DNA from: a virus
Length of the DNA: 64,000 bases
Virus record (IMG/VR): IMGVR_UViG_3300044878_000051
Span: 30,031-94,030 of that record
Strand: one strand, 5' to 3'
In this document: positions 57,998 through 64,000 of the stretch, piece by piece
How the letters are laid out: each line of letters begins with the position of its first letter
How positions within the stretch are numbered: position 1 is the stretch's first letter
Notes under the pieces: model-generated
What the model was told of the DNA's origin: nothing
Database searches by the model: none
Seen by the model: only the letters and a program-made list of their open reading frames with translations
Translations under genes and position numbers: made by a program

Positions 57998-58901
57998 TCA
58001 GAGCCTCGATAAGACGTGAAGTGTTCAGGAGGAAACTCTTCCCGGCGTTGTTACGATCGGACGCTTGAACGATCTTGGCAATACCCGAGTTCCGGTAGCT
58101 GCGGTCGAGCAACGACATGTAAACCATCCCGAGGAAAGTCGGGAGGTGTTCCAGTGCCACGGCCATGGTTTCTTTCTGGTTCAGACCGAACCAACCACCG
58201 CCGACAATAGCGAACAGCAGAGGCACGTTGAGGTTCTCGGCGCGCTTGTTATTCAGCACTTCCTTAACCACGTCCACGAAGTCTTGTGGACCGTCCATGT
58301 AACGCAAGGTGGCCGCATGGTCGAATACCACGTCCGCTGGAATGCGAGTCGCTCGTGCTACTTTCAACGCGATCTTTTGCAGTTCACGTTCGTCGATCTC
58401 ACCGGCTGGCCGGAACATGCAGGCGTAATAAACAGCCGCTACCATGGTGATCAACATTTGTTCTTGTGGAGAGAACGCCAGTCGCTTGGTGATGTTCTCA
58501 CCGATGTAACGAGCGAACACAGTCATCGGCAAGTCACCGAGACCGGCCATGTCTTCCACGCCGTGACGCTGGGCATAAACAGTCAACGCAGCTCGCACGA
58601 CGTTGAAGTTGTATTCACCCATGTTGCTGATGCTCAACTCTTCGCCCTTGCGACCACGAGTGTAACCCCGAACATCGAGGATCACCAGTTCACCGCCATC
58701 ACGCGCTTTGAAGAACAGCGGGTGGGCAAAGCCTGGGATCTCTTTGTTTTCTGGACTCACACCCCAAACAGAATTGACATACTTGCCATTCATCTTCAGA
58801 GGTTGGATCTCGCCTTCAATTTCAGCGAGGGCCAGAGCCTTTTTGATGCTGTCCATTTGGTACCCAGAACAGGGTTTTGTTTCATACGGAGAAATCTTCA
58901 T
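57990..58901 (-). CDS. Conserved protein (phiKZ gp28-like)
   Basis: Synteny; divergent from the sheath gene. Confidence 0.7.
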   Translation of the reverse strand: MKISPYETKPCSGYQMDSIKKALALAEIEGEIQPLKMNGKYVNSVWGVSPENKEIPGFAHPLFFKARDGGELVILDVRGYTRGRKGEELSISNMGEYNFNVVRAALTVYAQRHGVEDMAGLGDLPMTVFARYIGENITKRLAFSPQEQMLITMVAAVYYACMFRPAGEIDERELQKIALKVARATRIPADVVFDHAATLRYMDGPQDFVDVVKEVLNNKRAENLNVPLLFAIVGGGWFGLNQKETMAVALEHLPTFLGMVYMSLLDRSYRNSGIAKIVQASDRNNAGKSFLLNTSRLIEALNV

Positions 58902-59113
58902 TCGCTCAGGTCCCCAGTGGATTGTAGGTGTAAAAGTTTACAAAACCGACATATATACATTTTAACTTAGAATAGTATGATGTATTACATCGGTACGGTA
59001 ACTATACCATTCAAGTCAATTCTCTCTACTAAAGGACCATGGCTTTTTTTAGATGAGAGACTGGAGTGGGTTCCCACAGCGGTAACTTAGATAGATCTAT
59101 CACAGGAGCTGTT

Positions 59114-61186
59114 ATGATCAATATCAGAAACGCTGCTCCTCGTGCAATCCTGAAGGGCTTTAAAGATGAGAGCGGTCGTGCTCCGGTTGTAGAACCGGAA
59201 CAGCTTCCTTCTCACTTGGCGCACTCGTTCATCTTTGCTGAACGCGGTCCGCTCTTGCCCCAATTGGTTGTCGGGGACAGCCTGACCACTACTTACGGTG
59301 CGAAATCCTTCGACTACCGTTCGAAGTATGCCAACCACCAAACCGTGCTGGTAAACACGATCAACGGCGAGGCCAACTCGCAGATCGTACAACGTTTGGT
59401 TCCCGCTGATGCCAAGACCGCTACACTGGTTCTCTGGCTGGACGTGGTGGCTGACGAAATTCCTCAATTCGAGCGTAACGCCGACGAGACGTTCAAACTC
59501 TCGCAACTCGGCGAACGCATTGCTGTAGCTCTCGGTTCGCCGGTAGTGAACGGCTATCGTGTCCGTTGGGCTGTTGAAGCTCTGCCAGACGATAAAGAGC
59601 TGGGCGAGCTGGATCAGAAAGTCGGTTCGCTGACCTCGATCAAAACCGGCCAACAGTCGCAGATGTACCCAATCCACGCGTTCACCGTCGCCTCCCCAGG
59701 TGAGTACGGTAACCTGGTTGGTATCCGTCTGTCGGCGCCGACCACTGAATCGTCTTCGCCAGTTGATGACACCACCGCAGAAGAGTCGAAAGCTTATCTG
59801 TACCGGATGTCGTTGGTTGAGCGTCCAGACGCGTTCTCCACTCCGAATGTGAAAGAAACCATTCAGGGTGAGCAGTCGGTCGACTTCGCTTACAAAGAAG
59901 GCGTGATCAACTCCCGTACCGACAAACTGGTATCGGTAGACGACATCCTGCTGCAATCGTGGAACGCTCCGGCGGTCAACGGTATCCCAGCAACTGTCGG
60001 CGTGATCAATGCTCAACACGTTTACCACGAGAACATCGCCACTCTGTTGGAAATGTTCCAAGCAGCCGAAGCCCTGAAGGCCAATCTGATCAGCGACGCT
60101 GAAGAAGATATGCACCTGTTCAACTTCGTCGGTGGTACCTCGATCAACAACGTTCCGTACTACACGTACGTCGTTGAAGGCCCTGCTTCTGGCGGCGTGC
60201 TGTTGACCGAAACCTCGAGCCACTATGCAAAAGGTGGTGCTGACGGTACGCTGGACTTCGCTTCGTTCGACGCACTCGTTGCCAACGCAGTCTCCAATTA
60301 CGGTGACCTGCCAGGCTTCGACTTCCTCGACACCGCCGTCTACCCGCAAAGCTGCATCTACGACACCGGTTTTACTCTGCCGACGAAGAAGAAGCTGCTG
60401 ACGGTACTGGGCAAGCGTAAAGACATGTACGTTGTACTGTCGACCCAGGACGTGTCTGCCAAGCAGAACACCCCGTCGGAAGAATCCAGCATCGCCGTCG
60501 CTCTGCGTACTGCTGCTCGGATGTTCCCGGAATCGGAAATCTACGGTACCTCGGTTTGCCGTGCTATCGTGATCGGCCACTCCGGCTACCTGATCAACTC
60601 CCAATGGACTAAACTGACCCCGCTGACCATCGAGTTCGCGGCCAAGTCGGCTCGTTACATGGGTGCTGGCAACGGTGTCTGGAAATCGGCTCAGTCGTTC
60701 TCGATTTCTCCGGCCAACCAAGTCACCATGTTCCGCGACGTAAACGCCAGCTTCAAGAAAGTTGACGTCCGTTCGCAAGACTGGGAAAACGGCCTGGTGT
60801 GGGTACAGAACTACGATCGCCGTAGCCTGTTCTTCCCTGCGTTCCAAACCGTCTACGATGACGACTCCTCGATCCTGAACAGCTTCTTCAACATGGCTGT
60901 AGGTGTTGAGCTGGAGAAGATCGCAGACCGCGCCTGGCGTGATCTGGTAGGTATCGACTCGTTGACGCCGGATCAGTTCATTGCACGTTCCAACCGCTTG
61001 ATCAGTCAAGCCGCTGCTGGCCGTTTCGACGGTCGTGTAGTGATTGAGGTCGAAACCGTCTTGACGGCTGCCGATACTCAACGCGGCTACTCCTGGTCTT
61101 GCAACATCATCATGTACGGTAACAACATGATGACCGTTGGCGCGTTCACCATCGTTGCCCGTCGTCGTGAGGACCTCGCACAATGA
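59114..61186 (+). CDS. Contractile tail sheath protein (phiKZ gp29-like)
   Basis: About 690 aa, INIRNAAP start, YDTGF and TVYDDDSS segments; followed by the tube gene. Confidence 0.9.
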   Translation: MINIRNAAPRAILKGFKDESGRAPVVEPEQLPSHLAHSFIFAERGPLLPQLVVGDSLTTTYGAKSFDYRSKYANHQTVLVNTINGEANSQIVQRLVPADAKTATLVLWLDVVADEIPQFERNADETFKLSQLGERIAVALGSPVVNGYRVRWAVEALPDDKELGELDQKVGSLTSIKTGQQSQMYPIHAFTVASPGEYGNLVGIRLSAPTTESSSPVDDTTAEESKAYLYRMSLVERPDAFSTPNVKETIQGEQSVDFAYKEGVINSRTDKLVSVDDILLQSWNAPAVNGIPATVGVINAQHVYHENIATLLEMFQAAEALKANLISDAEEDMHLFNFVGGTSINNVPYYTYVVEGPASGGVLLTETSSHYAKGGADGTLDFASFDALVANAVSNYGDLPGFDFLDTAVYPQSCIYDTGFTLPTKKKLLTVLGKRKDMYVVLSTQDVSAKQNTPSEESSIAVALRTAARMFPESEIYGTSVCRAIVIGHSGYLINSQWTKLTPLTIEFAAKSARYMGAGNGVWKSAQSFSISPANQVTMFRDVNASFKKVDVRSQDWENGLVWVQNYDRRSLFFPAFQTVYDDDSSILNSFFNMAVGVELEKIADRAWRDLVGIDSLTPDQFIARSNRLISQAAAGRFDGRVVIEVETVLTAADTQRGYSWSCNIIMYGNNMMTVGAFTIVARRREDLAQ

Positions 61187-62043
61187 GCCGCTTAGCCGAT
61201 ACGATCCTCGACAACAAGGCGTACAACCAGTACGGGCGGCAGGCCATGGTTGACATCCGCAAGGGTGGTCAGAACGGTCCTGCTCCAGATTTCTCGACGT
61301 ATATCAGCAACGCTGCGTACGTTCGCCGGAACCTGATCGCCATTCTGATTGAAGCTCCGCGTGGCTTCCAAGATCTCGAGAACCCAGATTACTGGGTATC
61401 GACTCTGAAGAACCTCGTTGAGCTGGCGCCGAAATCCATCGAAGGTCTCCAGCAGACCCTCAGCGTTGAGCACATCGAAAACCCATTCGGTGGCGCTGGT
61501 GAAGTTCAACAGGACATCTCCAACGTTACCCGTGCCCGTTCGGCACCGTCGTTCACCTGGACCGAGAAATACGGTAAGGCGATCGCGGCGTTCCTGAACG
61601 GCTGGGTGCTCAACCTGATCATGGACCCAGAAACCAAATACCCTCGTGTGGTCAACAACGCTGACAAGCCGACTGACCTGCTGCCGGACTACACCGGCAT
61701 GACGGTATTGTTCCTGGAGCCAGATCCAACTGGCACCAAGGTGATCACTGCCTGGCTGTCCACCAACATGCGTCCAAACAGCAACGTAGCTGAAATCACG
61801 GGTAACCGTGACGTCACTGCTGCGCTTCAGGGCCAGGACTACAGCGTAGAGTTCACTGCTCTGACTCAGGTCGGTGAAGGCGTAAACACCTTCGCTCAAG
61901 AGCTGCTGGACAACATGACGCTGACCGGTGCTAACCCTAACCTGCAAGAAGCGTTCGTTCGAGAAATCGACGCCGACGTTAAAGCGGGCGAAAGCGGTTA
62001 CGCTGAGCAGATCGCGAAGATGGCCTCCTCGGCTATCTCGTAA
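61183..62043 (+). CDS. Tail tube protein (phiKZ gp30-like)
   Basis: ATGA-coupled to the sheath gene; WTEKYG and FLEPDP segments. Confidence 0.85.
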   Translation: MSRLADTILDNKAYNQYGRQAMVDIRKGGQNGPAPDFSTYISNAAYVRRNLIAILIEAPRGFQDLENPDYWVSTLKNLVELAPKSIEGLQQTLSVEHIENPFGGAGEVQQDISNVTRARSAPSFTWTEKYGKAIAAFLNGWVLNLIMDPETKYPRVVNNADKPTDLLPDYTGMTVLFLEPDPTGTKVITAWLSTNMRPNSNVAEITGNRDVTAALQGQDYSVEFTALTQVGEGVNTFAQELLDNMTLTGANPNLQEAFVREIDADVKAGESGYAEQIAKMASSAIS

Positions 62044-62055
62044 GTCTGTGGCTGG

Positions 62056-62087
62056 AACGGGAGCCTTCGGGCTTCCGTTTTATGCCG
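62056..62087 (+). terminator. Intrinsic terminator ending in TTATGCCG
   Basis: AACGGGAGCC-ttcg-GGCTTCCGTT-TTATGCCG. Confidence 0.85.
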
Positions 62088-62144
62088 TATTTAATGAGGA
62101 CTTTACAGTCTAACCTTTCCTATCACCAATAAGGATTTTGTTAC

Positions 62145-63422
62145 ATGGCCCTTAGTGAATATTTCGAGCAGCTTCCGAAAAGCAAGCTGACTGTGTCCTT
62201 CGAGAACTTCGACGCCTTGAAAGCCGTTGCTCGTGACCGAGTGGAAGACCCGCTACAAGGTGACGAAACTCTGGACGCCCTGTCTGACGACGTGGACACC
62301 TTTGTGTGCTCCCTGGAGTCGATCATTGATTCCGGCCAGTGCACTATGGGTACTGCTACCATGGTCTGGGCATCGCTGGAAAGCATTTCTGCCCGTATGG
62401 GCGTTCCGCTGGTTGTGCCGTCGTTGGAAGACGTTGGCACCGATCCTGAGCAGATCCACAACATCGCCATGGAAGCCTTCGGCGACATCATCGGTCGTGT
62501 GATCCAGGCTTACGTGAACAAGTACAAAACTATGTTCGCGGCTCTGATCATGCTGTTCCAAGGTCGTGCGAAACTGGCACAGCGCCACAAGCGCCGTATC
62601 GGTGAGTACCGCCAGGAGTGGAAAGAGAAAGAACAAGACCTGTACAAGATCAAGCAAACCGGTAGCTCGGTCGGCATGATGACTGCGCAGATGTTCTACC
62701 GCAACAACAAGGTGGAAACTGACCCAGCAGCAGCCATGGCTTCTGACATGGCGTTCTACCGCTGGTTCTTCGGTCCGTACTCGCGTTCCCTGGAGCAACT
62801 GGCCAAGACCGCCGGTGCTACGGTTAAGTCGGTCAAGATCAACAACGACGGTGACGTAGACACCTTGGTGGGTAAAGTCTCCAAGCTCAAGCGTCCTCAC
62901 GAGTTGTTCGACACCAAGTACCTGAACAAAGGTCCGATCCTGATGGGTAACTGCGGCTTCACGCTGCGTACCTCCAAGGCACCGAAACCAGCAGGCCGTA
63001 CTCCAGAGTACGAGAAGCTGGCCGAGATGTCCGGTAAGGCGATGGTCTACCCAGTGCTCAAGGTACTGAAGAAAGCCTTCGACCCAAGCATGGTCTGGAA
63101 AGACGTCAACATCAAGAACGCTGACGTACTCAACTACCTCGACCTGCTGGAAGAGTCCTGCGACATCATCATCGACTATGTTGAACGTATGAAGATCCAC
63201 ACTGCTCCGTACTGGGCAATGGTGGACGACATCAAACACGCAGCCGGTTCGGTAGATGCTCTGGGCGGTCCTCAGAAGCGTGCGATCAAGCAGGTCGTGG
63301 GCTACTGCGACTCGATCCGTTACCAGCACTTCTTCCTCGTGAAGCAGATGTCTCTGGTCATCAACGACATGTCGACTGCGGGTACGTACTTCATCTCGCG
63401 TCTGATTGCTCGGGCCAAGTGA
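62145..63422 (+). CDS. Head (internal/ejection) protein with an acidic propeptide
   Basis: Several S/A-x-E prohead-protease-type sites (SFE, SLE x3, AME) in an acidic N-terminus, followed by a basic mature part. Confidence 0.75.
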   Translation: MALSEYFEQLPKSKLTVSFENFDALKAVARDRVEDPLQGDETLDALSDDVDTFVCSLESIIDSGQCTMGTATMVWASLESISARMGVPLVVPSLEDVGTDPEQIHNIAMEAFGDIIGRVIQAYVNKYKTMFAALIMLFQGRAKLAQRHKRRIGEYRQEWKEKEQDLYKIKQTGSSVGMMTAQMFYRNNKVETDPAAAMASDMAFYRWFFGPYSRSLEQLAKTAGATVKSVKINNDGDVDTLVGKVSKLKRPHELFDTKYLNKGPILMGNCGFTLRTSKAPKPAGRTPEYEKLAEMSGKAMVYPVLKVLKKAFDPSMVWKDVNIKNADVLNYLDLLEESCDIIIDYVERMKIHTAPYWAMVDDIKHAAGSVDALGGPQKRAIKQVVGYCDSIRYQHFFLVKQMSLVINDMSTAGTYFISRLIARAK

Positions 63423-63476
63423 CGGCATAAAGGCAAAAAAAAAAGAGGGGGCCCGAAAGCCCTCTCTTTTATGCCG
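63423..63476. terminator. Bidirectional terminator flanked by CGGCATAA / TTATGCCG
   Basis: AAAAGAGGGGGC-ccgaaa-GCCCTCTCTTTT. Confidence 0.85.
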
Positions 63477-63852
63477 CTTGTTTCTGCCGATACTGCAACA
63501 CCAAGTCGTGTACCGTATTGAACAGCTCTAACTCATTGAGGTAGTTCTTGTCCAAGGAAAACGGATTGATGTAACCGTTCTTCAACGCGTAGTCGTAGAA
63601 CTGTTTATAGCACTGCGTCTTCTCAGACCAACGATCGCTGAATGCCAAACACCACTGGAAGTAGAACACCACCAAGGAGTTATTGCCACACACTTGATGC
63701 ACACGCATGGGTCGCAGCTCTTTAGCGAATTCCTTCGTTAGAGCTTCGTACTCATTGCGTTCAGTGATGGACTTCCCCCGAAGTTCCACCGCTTCATAAC
63801 TCAAGCCAATCATTACCGCTAACAACAATGTCCTATAACGTTCTACGTCCAC
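63469..63852 (-). CDS. Hypothetical protein
   Basis: 127-aa ORF with a GTG start. Confidence 0.65.
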   Translation of the reverse strand: MDVERYRTLLLAVMIGLSYEAVELRGKSITERNEYEALTKEFAKELRPMRVHQVCGNNSLVVFYFQWCLAFSDRWSEKTQCYKQFYDYALKNGYINPFSLDKNYLNELELFNTVHDLVLQYRQKQAA

Positions 63853-63889
63853 GGTCTTGCCCCTAAGGTAACTTCTTCATACGGTAGGT

Positions 63890-64000
63890 TTAGATCTCAC
63901 CCATGTACACACAAGGCAACCCATGTTCTTCTGCATAGGCTAGGATCTTGTCTTTACACAGATGACGATGACAGAACACACCAGCGCGACACATACACCC
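63890..64000 (-). CDS. Partial CDS (C-terminus), DUF488-like
   Basis: GCMCRAGVFCHRHL...MGEI* carries the C...CHR motif. Confidence 0.55.
   Translation of the reverse strand, partial: GCMCRAGVFCHRHLCKDKILAYAEEHGLPCVYMGEI

Noticed and set aside
1-64000. CRISPR array, rRNA, IS/transposase, integrase, inteins
   Set aside because: No regularly spaced direct repeats, rRNA-like sequence or such protein motifs were seen; the polymerase, helicase and terminase show no obvious insertions.

Overview
This window is part of a nucleus-forming, phiKZ-like jumbo myophage genome (Chimalliviridae). It contains the replication/nucleus core block: family-B DNA polymerase, chimallin ChmA, nvRNAP beta'N/betaC/beta'C and sigma-like subunits, ChmC-like and PicA/Imp1-like genes, SbcD, an SF2 helicase and the vRNAP beta'-middle subunit. 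It also holds PhuZ tubulin and the terminase/baseplate/tail sheath/tail tube block. phiKZ gp numbers below are assigned from motifs and synteny recalled from memory, not from a search. The most unusual part is a minus-strand RNA island at about 33.4-40.0 kb. It has only five canonical tRNAs (Ser-TGA, Ser-GCT, Asn, Asp, Tyr), interleaved with: an ~800-nt non-coding RNA with nested long-range helices and UUCG hairpins; at least four tRNA-like RNAs that keep acceptor/D/T arms but have the anticodon arm replaced by long stems or inserted domains; a circularly permuted tRNA-like element with YrlA Y-RNA topology; and several further structured spacers. The island also encodes a secreted SNase, a Kelch protein and a three-domain Tad2 (DUF2829) fusion. 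All RNA structures were folded by eye and need computational confirmation.
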